Shown here one piece after another: positions 1 to 15,958 of a stretch of 64,000 nucleotides of DNA. Source of the DNA: the human T2T-CHM13v2.0 reference genome, Homo sapiens; NCBI RefSeq assembly GCF_009914755.1, contig NC_060938.1, one strand, 5' to 3'. Below the pieces are notes generated by a model. The model had not been told where the DNA came from. It ran no database searches and saw only the letters and a list, made by a program, of their open reading frames with translations. Position numbers and translations under genes: made by a program. Each line of letters opens with the position of its first letter. Position 1 is the first letter of the stretch.

Positions 1-785
1 CACTGGTCTGTTTTTATGCCAGTACCATGCTGTTTTAGTTACTATAGCTTTGTAGTGTATTTTGAAGTCAGGCAGTGTGATACGTCCAGCTTTGTTCCTT
101 TTGCTCAAGATTGCTTTGGCTATTCAGGGCCTTTTGAGATTCTATATGAATTTTAGGTTTCTCTTTTCTACTTCTGTGAAGAATGTCATTGGTATTTTGC
201 TAGGGATTGCATTGAATCTGTAAATTGCTTTGGTTAGAAAAACATTTAAACAGTCTTGTTTCTTTCAATTCATGAACATAGAATATTATTTCTTCTAATC
301 CATGAAAACAGGACACAAATGAAATAGATTTCTTTTTCTTAATTATTTTTCAGTGTTTTCTAGTTTTTACTGTAGAGATTTTTCACCTCTTGGTCCAATT
401 TGTCCTAGGTAGCTTATGTATTTTTTGTAGCTATTATCAATGGAATTATTTTCTAAATTACTTTTTCAGATACTTCACTGTTTGTTTATAGAAACACTAC
501 TGATGTTTGTGTCTTGAGTTTGTATCTTGCAACTTTCCTGAACTTGTTTATTAATGTTAACAGTTTTTTGGTGGAGCATTTAGGGTTTTCTGTATGTAAG
601 ATCACATGTCTGCAAACAGAGACAGCTTGACATTTTCCTTTCTAATTTGCATGCTTTTTATTTCTTTCTCTTGCCTAATTGCTCAGGCTAAGCCTTCCAA
701 TATTATGTTGAATTGACATGGTGAAAATAGGCATCCTTGTCTTTTCCTGGATCTTAGAAGAAAAGTTCAACTTTTTCCTTTCCTA
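1..785 (-). mobile_element. L1 (L1M-type) ORF2 fragment, antisense
   Basis: Reverse-complement L1 ORF2 text, e.g. 'tttttatgccagtaccatgctgtttt', 'gggattgcattgaatctgta', 'tgcctaattgctc'. Decayed; runs off the window start. Confidence 0.85.
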
Positions 786-1184
786 TATACTATTCACCTG
801 GATTCTCCAAGTGCAAACTTATAGTACATTAGTTTAAGTATTTGTTCATTCTCTCTTGCTTTTCCTCTCTTCCTGTTTATATTTTTTCTGAAACTGGTAC
901 AAAAGTTTGTAGTACATTGCAGAAATAATTTCCCTTATCTCAAAATAAGTCATTGTTTATTTTTCATGAAAACATGGAACAATGATCACACTTGGGAAAT
1001 TATCATTAGTACAGTACTATTACCTAATTGACATACCTATATTAGATTTGTACACAAAGCCACTGTAGCCAGACAAAGTGGATTTATGTACGAAGTTCAT
1101 AAATGCTGAAAGAAGTTGATGTGTACATGAGGCATCATTACCCTGTGTTTCTACTTTTGCATATGCTTGAAAGTTTCCATAATA

Positions 1185-2905
1185 TATAAATGTCTTTATA
1201 TGGAAATGCAGAGGGGTAAAAATAGACAAGACAATTTTTTAGAAGAATCAAGTGTTAGGATTCATTCTATTGGATAGTAAAACTTGTAAAGATAACTAAT
1301 TAAAACAATGTGGTACGATATAAGGATAGACATGTATAAAAAACAGTCCCTCCATATGCAGACAAGTGATATACGCAAAAATTAGCACTACAGAGCAATG
1401 GGAAAGAACTGTTTTGCAATGAATGGTGTATAGTGCTGGCTAGTTGAATATCCATATGAGAAAAAAAATTACATTTCACAACCCCATTGCAAAGGACACA
1501 AAAATCAGCTTCAGTGAATCACAGATCTAATGGTAAAAAGTAAAACAATAAGACCTCTAGGTGATAACAGAAGACTATCTTGCTTAGGTAGGGGAAAATT
1601 TTTTACACAGGTTCCAAAAAGCTAACATTGATGAAAATAATTGATAAATTAGCTTATGTTGAAATTAAGAACTTCCATACAACAAAAGGTACCATTAAGA
1701 CTGTGAATAGGCAAGCCTCAGACAAGAAAAAGATAGTTTGCAACACTGAAACCAAAATAGGGCTTATATCAAGGATATATAAGAAACAAACGTGTAAAAA
1801 TGAATAATGCAATTTAAAGAAAGGGCAAGACACTAAAACATAAGATCCAAAAAACAAGATACTCATCCAGTTAATACCAAAAGATGTTTAACTTAGTTAT
1901 CAGGTAAATGAAGTTTAAAATCACCAATACAATATCCTTACACATTCACTGGAATGGTGAAAATAAAAATGACTAGCAACACTGAATGTAGACAAGCATG
2001 TGGAAACTTCCACATATGGCTAATGAAACAGGAAATCAGCACTTCCAGTTTGGAAAAGTTTGAAAGTGTCTACTGAGGTTGAACATACATCTGATTTTAT
2101 TTAGTCATATTCTCAAATGAGGTATGACCACATGTTTACCAAAAAGCAGGTGCCAGAGTGTTCATTGGCCATTATATAAAATAGCTAAAACGTGGTAAGA
2201 ACTCAAATGTCCATCAGCATTAGAATGAAAAAATGATACAAAGGAAGACTAGATGGCAATAAATTTAAGATACTCTCATAATTAGGCTGGCGCAGTGGCT
2301 ACACCTGTTATCCCAGCACTTTGGGAGGCTGAGGCAGGCAAATCACTTGAGGTCAGGAGTTTGAGACCAGCCTGACCAACATGATGAAACCCGAACTCTA
2401 CTAAAAATACAAAAATTGGCCAGGCGTGGTGGTATGCACCTGTAATCCCAGCTACTCAGGAGGCTGAGGCAGGAGAATCGCTTGAACCTGGGAGTTAGAG
2501 GTTGCAGTAAGCCAAGATCGCACCACTGCACTCCAGCCTGGATGACTAGAGTGAAAACTCCATCTTAAAAAAAAAAAAATCACAATTATAATGTGAGTAA
2601 AAATTGCCAAAACAATATAATGTGTATTATATGCGAACCCAGTTTATATACAGCTTGAATCCAGGCAAATACCATATAGGGTGCTACAAATTAAGATATT
2701 AATGACCTGTAGGGGAGATAGAGGGACTAGTGATTATGTAGGGGCATGAAGGGCCTCTTAGGTACTGATAACTTTCTACTGGGTTGGTGCAAACTTGGAT
2801 GGTGGTTATCCAGATGTGTTTACTTTGTCATAATCTGTTGAGCTGTATATTCATGATTTGTTTGATTTTTCTAGATGTATGTTATACTCAAGTGATAAAA
2901 TAAGT
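1185..2905 (+). mobile_element. Old L1 (L1ME/L1M-like) ORF2 end plus 3'UTR, interrupted by the Alu at 2285
   Basis: Diverged L1 motifs 'taaaacaatgtggtac', 'caaatgtccatcagca', and a 3' end 'tgttatactcaagtgataaaa'. Boundaries approximate. Confidence 0.7.
2285..2579 (+). mobile_element. AluS, full length
   Basis: Dimeric Alu with A-rich linker 'ctactaaaaatacaaaaatt' and a poly-A tail. Confidence 0.95.
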
Positions 2906-2999
2906 GCATACTGCATATATACACATGCACGCAAGCCAAAACTCCAGCTCTTTTCCCCTTCAATTTCGAGGAAGAAAAAGCTTTTTAGAAAGAAATGTG

Positions 3000-3305
<306 letters not shown>

Positions 3306-3399
3306 CTAGCTTTTATTCTGGCAGAATCTCTTACCCAGAGCACTGTACTATTCATATTAATAATGAAAATCACTAATATTTATTATTAGTAATTTTGAC

Positions 3400-3958
3400 A
3401 ATAGCAAATATTTAGTGAGTAGTATGCTTTGGTACTACAGCAACTCTAGATTATCACATTTAATTTCTCTTATTTTATATATAAAATGAATATAATTATT
3501 TGCCTTATTTTTAGCTAGAGAAACTGGGTCTTAAGTCAGGAAAGTCACTAGTTCATGATCATATATCTAGCAGATGGTGGAGCTAGGATTGAAATGTAGA
3601 CTGCCCTGGGCCAGGTGTGGTGGCTCACGCCTGTAATCCCAGCACTTTGGGAGGCCGAGACGGGCGGATCACGAGGTCATGAGATCGAGACCATCCTGGC
3701 TAACACGGTGAAACCCTGTCTCTACTAAAAATACAAAAAATTAGCCGGGCGTGGTGGCGGGTGCCTGTAGTCCCAGCTACTCAGGAGGCTGAGGCAGGAG
3801 AATGGCGTGAACCCGGGAGGTGGAGCTTGCAGCCACTGCACTCCAGCCTGGGGGACAGAGCGAGACTCCGTCACAAAAAAAAAAAAAAAAAAAAAAAAAT
3901 GAAATGTAGACTGCCCTACTGTGTAGCCTTTGAGCTCATCCACTAGGCCATGCTGGCT
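3400..3958 (-). mobile_element. MIR fragment split by the AluY at 3609
   Basis: MIR core-like 'gagaaactgggtcttaag...gatcatatatctagcagatggtggagctaggattgaa' continues after the Alu. Confidence 0.6.
3609..3899 (+). mobile_element. AluY with a 15-bp deletion in the right arm and an 18-bp TSD
   Basis: AluY diagnostics and a long pure A tail. TSD 'tgaaatgtagactgccct' at 3590-3607 and 3900-3917. Confidence 0.96.
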
Positions 3959-5046
3959 CCTACTAAGACGTCCAAATGTAGGTGTCTGTGATCCATTGAA
4001 AGGGAAAAAAATTTGAGAAGCAAGTGCATAGAATTACCCCAAAGCTAAAATAAACTGAACATTAAGAAGCAATTTCTAAGCAAAGGGATGTTAGTAATAG
4101 CATTTTCTTTTTCACAGAAGTGAGGAAACTGCATCCAGTCAGTGCAAGTCATTAAACTCAAGCAAAAGTTCACTGAAGCAAAGACACCTATTGTTTATCT
4201 CACAAAATAACTGGAGGGTTTTCCAGAGAGAGTGGAGCACAAGGTAAATTACCTAGTGGAAATGTCAACAGGACAGGACTGCACACTAGGGTCTTTTTCA
4301 TGTGCAATTGACAACAGCTAAAAATAAATTGAACTTGGCAATGGCTCCCCATGTTCCTGCAGCCCCAGGGGGCTACTTTCATTTTAATAAATGATTGAAC
4401 AAAGTGTTTAACTTCTTTCTGTTTTCAGACTGGTATTCAGGGGCATAGGAAATGCATTATTGAATATTTTCCTGTGCTTTGGCTTCAGGTAAAGGGCTGT
4501 TCTTAGCAACCAGAGCTAAAGAGCTGTGTGGGCTTACCCATGAAGAGTACTGAAAATTCAAGTTGTGTTATTAGAAGTGAAGTTATATCCTGTGCCATCC
4601 ATGTCCCTTCCTACTTCCCCATGACAGACGTAAGGGTAAGACTTCTGGCTAAGGGAAAGGTGTACAGACTGTGCTCCTAAAATAAAATTAAATTAAACAC
4701 TGCCTATGAGAAATGATTTCGTGATTGTGCCAAGTGGTCATGAATTGGGAGAGAAATGGGAGAGGGAATAAGTTAATATAAAAAATAATGTTGCCCCAGT
4801 GACAGGCTGAATCCAAAATAATAAATACCAAGTGTTTCTAGAGTGTTTTAAAAAGGGAAAGCATTAAGAAAATATTTTTAAATACTTTTGGTTTTAAGTT
4901 CTTTGAAGATAAGATGTATGCCATTTTTTGTATTTTCCTTCTCATGGTGCTTTGAACACTCTTTTTGTATTTTATGATATCAAATTGAATCAATGCCTTA
5001 TTATTTAAGTGTTATCTGCTATATGTTACTTAGAGAAATATAATAT

Positions 5047-5586
5047 TGTCCACATAAAGAGGTGAATCTCTAAGCAAAAAGGTTTTGTTTGCAAATAATA
5101 TACAGGAGGTAAGATTGCAATCCAGGACATACATACAGACCAGGATGATCTCTGGTATGTCTATAGAACAAAGAAAAAGGTTAGAATTTAGTCAGGAAAG
5201 ACTAGTTATACAAGTCGTTTTCAGAGAAACCTTACTGGCACTGGCAGCATCTTATAAGAGCTGGTGAGCTCTGATTGGTGAGTGTCAGTAGTTGCTAGAT
5301 AAGACTTGTAATCTTAAAGCTATAGTTAAGCCTTTCCAGCTTTGAGCTGGGTTCGCGAGAGTTTTTGAAACAGGCAAGTGTTCTTGTGTAACCGGCTAGC
5401 TGTCCTTGTGCCACTAGTTGTCCTTGTGTGACTCGTGTAGTAACTTGTGGTTTGCAAAAATTTCTTGTGATAGTTCCTGTTATCAGGCAAATCCTGAATG
5501 AGAGCACTTCCTTTCATGGCCTTCCCTGGCTCCATTTGTCAGGAATTAACCCAAGTGACTCTATTTGGAATCTTACAATTTTCACA
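5047..5586 (-). mobile_element. Solo ERV1 LTR, MER67-like (MER4 group)
   Basis: TG...CA termini with a 4-bp TSD 'atat' (5043-5046 and 5587-5590). The minus strand begins 'TGTGAAAATTGTAAGATTCCAAATAGAGTCACTT'. Confidence 0.75.
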
Positions 5587-6882
5587 ATATTAAAGCAAAT
5601 AAAAAGCTTCTATTTCTCGTCTTGCAAATAAGAACTGTGCTGTAGGTGTTAGGTGTGCCCCCTCAATTAATTCCCACAATAAATTAGGTACTATTATTGT
5701 TCACATTTTATAAATAAGGAAAGTCACAAAAACATTAAATACATTTTTGAGGTTATAGAACTAGGCAAAGCTGGGATTTGAACTAATCTCTTTTACTCTG
5801 TACTCTAAGAGGGTCATCAAATATATATTGAATAGTTTTTAGTTTCTTGTCCATATTGGGAAATATGGAGAGACTAATTAGTAGAAAATATTTTTGATAT
5901 CTTTAGAAATTATGTCTAGCCAACTGGCCTTATATAAACAGAACTAATACCAGTGAAATGCTTGGTGAAATTGAGTCTGTTCTTTTTCTACACTGTGGAT
6001 AGTATAATTTACCAACATTTAATCTAACATAACAGGTATAAGCTCTATGCACTAGAAGAGTCACATATACCAATTAATTTATTATTTTTTTCCCTATAGA
6101 ATCACCTAGATAGCTGCAATGAAAGAAATTCAGATACAAACAGTATCTCCATCATTATTTTTAGATAATTATTAAACCTGTACTCTGTGTAGGAATTTGG
6201 AATACATAGATTGCAATGACAAATATTGGGAAATTCAGTTTTGGTTGTAAAATGAGTAATCTTATAACAATTCATGTATAAATTATGAGGCATTTAAGTA
6301 AGAAAGTTCTAATGGTTAACTAAAGAAAGCCAACTAACAAAGCCAGTAAAGATGGAAAACCATATTTAGAACTTTTTAACACAAAAACCTGTATAATAGA
6401 GGTTTGGCTTGTGGGTGAGTCTCAGAGATGTGAGTATATAATGACTATCGAAGTATATAATGACTCTATTTTAATTCTTGGAGGGTATCCATGGCCAAGG
6501 ATAGTAAGCCTCGGAAGAAAAGTCACAAGAGAGGAGGAATATAATAGCAGGAACCAGAAATACACTCTATACCAGAAATTAGGAGACAAGGCTTAAAAAA
6601 ATCAGAATTTGGAAAAAGCAATAGCCAAAATTAGGAAGCATGGGTTCCAGTTTCAGCAGTTTCCTGTGTCTTTGGGCCCATTGCTTTGGTTCTCTGGGTT
6701 CCATTTTTCTATGAGTAAAATGGGAGTGTTCAGTTATATAATTTCTATAACTCTTTCTAACTCCCCCATACATCATATTCTACAATCCTTAGGAATGGTT
6801 CAATAACATTCAGTGCCCTAAAGGAGGAAAGGAGATTGTAGTATACTCAACTGAATTAAGAAGAAAGACCTTCCAATCTTCT

Positions 6883-7318
6883 TGTCAGGCCTCTGAGCCC
6901 AAGCTAAACCATCGTATGCCCTGTGACCTGCATATATATGTCCAGATGGCCTGAAGCAAGTGAAGAATCACAAAAGAAGTGAAAATGGCCTGTTCCTGCC
7001 TTAACTGATGACATTCCACCATTGTGATTTGTTTCTGCCCCACCTTAACTCAGCGATTAACCTTGTGAAATTCCTTCTCCTGGCTCAGAAGCTCCCCCAC
7101 TGAGCACCTCGTGACACCCCCACCCCTGCCCACAAGAGAAAAAACCCCCTTTGATTGTAATTTTCCACTACCCACCCAAATCCTATAAAATGGCCCCACC
7201 CCTATCTCCCTTTGCTGACTCTCTTTTTGGTCTCAGCCCGCCTGCACCAGGTGATTAAAAAGCTTTATTGCTCACACAAACCCTGTTTGGTGGTCTCTTC
7301 ACATGGACGTGCATGAAA
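6883..7318 (+). mobile_element. Solo HERV-H LTR (LTR7, probably LTR7B type)
   Basis: Begins 'tgtcaggcctctgagcccaagct' and ends 'ggacgtgcatgaaa'. 5-bp TSD 'cttct' at 6878-6882 and 7319-7323. Confidence 0.95.
7184..7259 (+). promoter_or_regulatory. LTR7 TATA box (7184-7190) and poly(A) signal ATTAAA (7254-7259)
   Basis: 'tcctataaaa' and 'gtgattaaaa' sit at the canonical LTR positions. Activity is unknown. Confidence 0.65.
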
Positions 7319-9409
7319 CTTCTTATAATTTTCTGGTTGCCAACGCAAAAAAGGAACAAATGGTAAATTCTTATAACTAATTATAAGCATTTGGGATAAT
7401 CTCCTCTAAAATATATGAGAGATGCAATTCATAGAGAGGTTAAGGTAAGATTACTGTGTCAAAGTCAGGAAGTTAGCCAAGGAGACAAGGGGTAAACATG
7501 ATCAGCTTAAAGGAGCTATGAATAAGGGAAACCAACAAGGTAAAAATCTGGGATGGAAAGAGGCCAAGTAGGAGATCGAGATAAGCCCCTGTGGGAGACC
7601 TCAACAAAAATGAGTATGCAGACTTGCATGTGCAGAATGGCAAGACAGGCTGCTATGGCCTAAAGAAGACCACTGCAAACAATGGATCGCTAAGGCATGT
7701 TCCACCCAACTTGTTAAAGAGCTTTGCATGTATACAGGGCCGGCCACACCAACAGTACTTCAGGAATACTGGCTACTTAACTCCTTAAGATTCAGTAGAA
7801 GAAAGAGTCTTTCCTCTGAGCATAGTCTAGCTTAAGTTCTTGTTCTGGAGAATTTCATGGTAGGTTCTAATTCTGTAAATTCTGTTTAAGAAAGCAGGAG
7901 AAAGACCAATAGAATTTAGAAAATATGTTTTAGAAAATGCTAATTATTTAAAGTTTTATAACAAGATAGTAACCTTCAGCCAGCTGATGAGTCAAATTAT
8001 GTGGAACACATCATGATGGAGAAATAAGATTCTATTTGATTTTTGTATCTTCCATGCCATCAAGTGATGATTTTTGTAAAATATTACAAGGCACTGACAA
8101 ATTTCCCTGGATTTCTTCACTCACAAATGAACGTGCGGTTGTTGCAAGCTGACCCTGTGCCTCTTTATGTGTTTTCTACTTGGTATGCAGCAATTTCCCT
8201 GCCTCCTGTGATAGTTATTCACAGGCTGCTGCATAGTGATTTTTATATGCTTTCTTCCTGCCTTGGACCAATGAAGCAATAAATAAGGGGAAAAAAAGGG
8301 TAAGTCTCTCTAAACAGCAGAAGAGCAGTGGTGCAGGAAATAGAAAGCAACTCCCAGAAGGAGCAAATGCATTCATAGCAAATTCCACCAGCAAATGAGT
8401 AGTGTCATCCAGCTAATTATATGTAATTGTCCCCTATATTGAAACAATAAATAATGTGGGAGGCCAGTGCTGCTTGTTGGGAATTACAACAACTCTATAT
8501 AAATAGAAGGAAAACAAATGAGGAAAACCTGAACATAGGTGGTATATCCTGAAATTGTTGCCATAGGTGTTTTATAGTACTGCTCACTGGTATAATATCT
8601 TCTACATAAAGAATTCAGTGCCTGCATGTAGGCATACCAGAAGTGAGAATGGTAGTTGTAGATCTTCCAAATCCTAGGGTGACTCTGAGCATGCCACCTA
8701 GTACAAGTAAGCAGCCAAAACCACTGTTTATATTAGTCTTCATAACATGATCACCTGGCCAAAGGTAACAAGATATCAATTTCTTAGGCATTTGAAAAGG
8801 TGAGCATATTGTCTTAAAATGTGATGCAAAGTATCAGAGACCCATGTCGCTACCATAAGTGTGATGAAGACATTCATTGGTAGCCATTCATCTGTGATAC
8901 CATCACTCATATGCTGAAGGAATCTTTGTGATTTAGGACCAAAAGTCCAAATGATAGCACTAAAGCCACCAGCTCAATATTATGACAGCCAATGTTATTA
9001 TAAAGCCTTAAGTCTCTTTCCTATAACTTATACAGAGCTGCACAAGTCCAAGACTTTATGGATAGAAAGGAGAGCTCTTAGCCTGTCCCACAATTTTAAT
9101 GTATCTATGGCTATGTCTGTCTCTAGTCATCTTATATACAGTCTGTTTTTCCTTTGTTTAAGACAAAAACCTAAGTTCTTTCTACTTTAGGCTGAGATTA
9201 TAACCACACAGTTACATAAACACAGCCCATCAACTGTCTTTATTCAAAGCAGATAGCAGAAGGGATTCCAAATTCAAGTTTATGCAGTCCTACAAGGCTA
9301 ACCCCTCTAATTGTCACTACCGTGCATTTATTTTCATGACTGTCTTAGATAATCCTTAATAGTACTAATCTAGACATATTTGTTATTCCATATGTACATC
9401 CATTGTTAC

Positions 9410-9535
9410 AATTGTTTATTTTTCTTTTCATTCTAAGATTGTGCATTGAGCTGCTAATATGCGCTAGGCCTAAGATAGGCTCTGGAGATACAAAAATAAA
9501 TAAAACAACATCTTTCCTCAAGGAGCCCTGAGGCC
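9410..9535 (-). mobile_element. L2 3' end fragment
   Basis: 'cattgagctgctaatatgcgctaggcctaagataggctctggagatacaaaaataaataaaac' is typical antisense L2 tail. Confidence 0.55.
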
Positions 9536-9619
9536 AGAGAAAATAAACTATCTTTTTCCCTCCTCAACAAGTTAACCAAGCTTATAATAACTCAGAAATT
9601 GGAGGTAGGAGAAAGGAAG

Positions 9620-12243
<2,624 letters not shown>

Positions 12244-14068
12244 GGAGACAACCAAAAGACATATAAATAAACTTCAGTGTATTTAATCAGCATATAGTTT
12301 ATTGGTGAAATAAAATAGCAAAAGAAAATACAACAGTGTATGATAAAATGCTCACTTAAATAAAATCAATAAGAAAATTCATAGTATATTTAATTTATAT
12401 GTTCTGTTACCAGAAAACCTTTTGTCTAATTTCCAATTCCACGTCAAATAACTACAGGCAGTTGGAGAGGGGATGAGGTTGCAAGAGTAGGTGCCATGGT
12501 GATCATATGCTATAAGATGGAAACCTGCAATACTTGTTCTTCTAAGTCTTCTGTTTGTTACATTTACTAGCCCATCCTGATCAGATATTTATATCCTACA
12601 CAGGCGAGGCAGGCAAGTCTCCTGGAATCAAATCATCTTACCAAAAGCATATTAACATGATGTTGGCAAATACCCCAAAGATATTAGTTCAAAATCTGGG
12701 CACTTTGATTAAAATTTTCTTGTTACCAAATCAACACCAGATAGTATGCATTCTTTCTTTCTTGATATACTCTTTTCTTGGAATAGTCATGATAATGTCT
12801 CATTCCTTTACACAATTCTGATGTGGGAAGTAATGCTGTCAAAGGAGATTTTGCTTATTTGTTCAACAGATTAGAAAATCAGTTGAGAAGAATGAGAAGT
12901 CTGTCAATATAATCCTTTTTTTAATTCAGTAGGACTTTTGAAAAATAAGTTACTGTGAATTCGACAAATGTTAGATGAATGCCTACCATGTAAAACAATT
13001 TGGGCAAGGCATCGAGGAGGACAGAGAATAAGAAGAAAAAGACAAAGATCAAATATGAGTGACAACACCGAGCCTGTTAATTACATAGATAGCCATAAAT
13101 CTGCTGTGATACATTTCTGGAGGGTTCCTCTTCAATAATTATACCCTCCAATATACAAAGGTGCTAATATATGATAGTCTGTTATTAAAGGTTTAATTCT
13201 TTTTGCAAATATTTACTCATTTGATATGATGTAAATGAGGATCTCCATTGTAAATGTAAGTAATTTTGAAGTCAGTGGTCTTTGCTCCAATACCATTTTT
13301 ATTTAACCAAAACTCTCAACTTGAGTGCTCACAATAGAGAAACAAATGGCTAACTGAAGAATCTAGAGTAAAAGGGAGTGATAGGAAGAGCAAAAACAAC
13401 AGCAACAATAAAAGAAAACATAACCTGTAACTATATATTAAAAGATTAGTTACATGTAAGGTACACAAAATGCCATGGGGAGCAGAAGTTTCTTTAGGAA
13501 GCATTTCTACAGAAGACGGATTTGGAGTTTATTTTAAAAATCTGGGGAAACACAAAATGGTAGAAGGCAATGCATGGGCTATACCCCATGGTGTTTTCCT
13601 TTGAAACATAAGCACCTTTAAAAATAGCCTGATGGACCACAAGCCCCAGGAACTAGCTGTTCATAGCTAATTATCCAAAGACTTGAAGAAGTCAAGCTGT
13701 GCAAAGTCAATTCAACTTTGCTGGTGCAGCCTGAAGCTACTTTAGTTAAACCTTAGTCATAGTGTTTCTAATGAAAGGGGGCAACACAGAATAAAAACTG
13801 CAAGCCCAATTCGATACGAGTGAATAAAATTGCAACCAGTAAAGGCACACAACATCCAATAATTAAGACTAACAGCACTATTATTTTTCTAGAAACCTGA
13901 ACCATAAAAGAGATTAATTGTTTTGTATTTAACTCAGAAAAAAGCTCATTTGATTGGGACTCATGCTTACAACTTACTCAAACAGATGTTACCTTTTGCT
14001 AATACAGAAAGGATGCTATTTTAAAAATTGAGCAGAAAACAAATTAAATGTTCATTAAAAATATTTTT

Positions 14069-14363
14069 GGCCAGGCACAGTGGCTCATGCCTGTAATCCC
14101 AGCACTTTGGGAGACAGGTGGGTGGATTGCCTGAGCTCAGGAATTTGCGAACAGCCTGGGCAACAGAACAGGGTGAAACTCCATCTCTACTAAAAGACAA
14201 AAAAATTAGCCTAGTGTGGTGGTGGGTACCTGTAGTCCCAGCTACTCGGGAGGCTGAGGCAGGAGAATTGCTTGAACCCAGGAGGCGGAGGTTGCAATGA
14301 GCAGAGATGACACCCACTGCACTCCAGCCTGGGTGACAGAGTGAGACTCTGTCTCAAAAAAAA
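14069..14363 (+). mobile_element. AluS, full length
   Basis: Dimeric Alu with a poly-A tail. Confidence 0.93.
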
Positions 14364-14419
14364 GAATTTAATTTTGTTTTCATAGAATCAATATATTGAA
14401 TAATATGTAGACTATACCA

Positions 14420-15958
14420 TTAAGTGGAAAATGATATAAAGGAATCAGAAACATTGACTTGTCCTCACCAAGGCTAATCTGGCTACTGACTCAAGTGAAT
14501 CCTGTCTTGACCACAACAGAGACCAATACTAAGGTCTCCCAGATGTCAGTGTTCCCCACACTAGCCACCTAGAAGCATACTTCTTGCTGAATTCTTTCAT
14601 CATGGAGGTGGCAACAACTTATCTTTCTTACGAGAATAGACATGTATTCTAGATACACATTCATCTTCCTTGCCCACAGTGCTTTGCCAGCTTGTAGATT
14701 TAAAGAACATTTTGCTCACTACCATGACATCTCTTACAACATTGCTTCTGACCTAGAAACTCAGATCCACAAAGAAGCAGGACAATGGGTTCACGCCCAA
14801 GGAATTTACTGGTATTACTATGTGTCTCATTATCCAGAAACAGCTGACCTGACCCAAGAGTGAAATGGTCTACTGAAGACTCAGATTCAGACATAACATT
14901 AGCAGGAATTAAAGACTCTGAAATGTTAGTGTCATAGAGGATGAGTCGCATGCTTTAAACAAGTAATTAATATATCATGCTATTTTCCTTATAACCATAA
15001 TACATAAGTAAAGGAACCAAGGGTAGAGGTAGCTTCTCTCTCTTATAAATAATCCACTTGCAAATTTTATTATCTTTTCTTGAAAGTTTAAACTCAATTG
15101 GTTAGACTCCCTTAATTCTTAAGCATGGAATGCTGCCAGCCAATGATAGGACAATAGTTCCTCTGAGTTAAAAAATGAGATTAACACCTGATAATTTTGG
15201 GTTTCTCATGTCACAGCACCAGTAGGTGTTGCAGTGTTGGCTGGAGGATTGATTCAGTTTATCAAGAGGAAAATGAGTTGGTACTACATTATGTGATCAG
15301 TGAAATCTGGGTCTAGAACCCAGGGGATTCTCTTAGGTATCTCTCAATATTTCTATGTCCCAATACTAAAAGTTAAGGGAAAACCTGCAGTGATTCGATA
15401 AAAACAAATCCACAGAACAGTTAGACACTCTAGAAGTGGTTTGGCTCATCCCACGAAGTGAGGAAGCAAGGCCACTGGAGGTACAAAGAAAAAGTGCAAT
15501 GAATAGTCTTTAAAAAGTAAAGTAAAAACTAAACTACAGCATTATTGTTAGCTACAGAAACAATGCACATGTGAAGATTATGGTAACTACGCACATATAC
15601 TCACCACAGTTGTTGCAGAAATTGTGAAAAATGACTTGTGGATTGATATATAATATACCAACAATTTTCCCTTTTCAGCTTTTTGCTTATTATTTTATAT
15701 GAGAATAGTTTATTGGTGATCTTTTAATTTAGTGTTTGGGTTAAAGGATATTTAAGTAATTTTGTGACTGAGCTAAAAGAAACTGACCTTGCATGGTGTC
15801 TTTGTTCTTATCTCATTTACAAAGAAAATGAGAACATCTCCATCTGCTCAAAGAAAGCCATCTTATTAGGTAGAGGAAGTCATTGTTATTTTGTTGCCTG
15901 CAGAGTAAAATATGTGTAAGATGATATGTAAGTTTGCTCAGCAGCCAAAGGGGTGGAC
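14420..15958 (+). mobile_element. ERV-L class internal region: decayed integrase and dUTPase, then polypurine tract
   Basis: Translation 'HDISYNIASDLETQIHKEAGQWVHAQGIYWYYYVSHYPETADLTQE*NGLLKTQ' resembles the ERV-L integrase core. From 15127, 'GMLPANDRTIVPLS*KMRLTPDNFGFLM' resembles ERV-L dUTPase. PPT 'aaaggggtggac' at 15947-15958. Confidence 0.85.

Noticed and set aside
1-2280. Opposite-strand L1 pieces as one twin-primed inverted L1
   Set aside because: They differ in apparent age, are separated by ~400 bp, and no shared TSD is visible.
6433-6465. Small tandem duplications here (19-bp period) and at 49337-49407 (32 bp) and 51851-51903 (~24 bp)
   Set aside because: Ordinary slippage duplications of two copies with no spacer structure.
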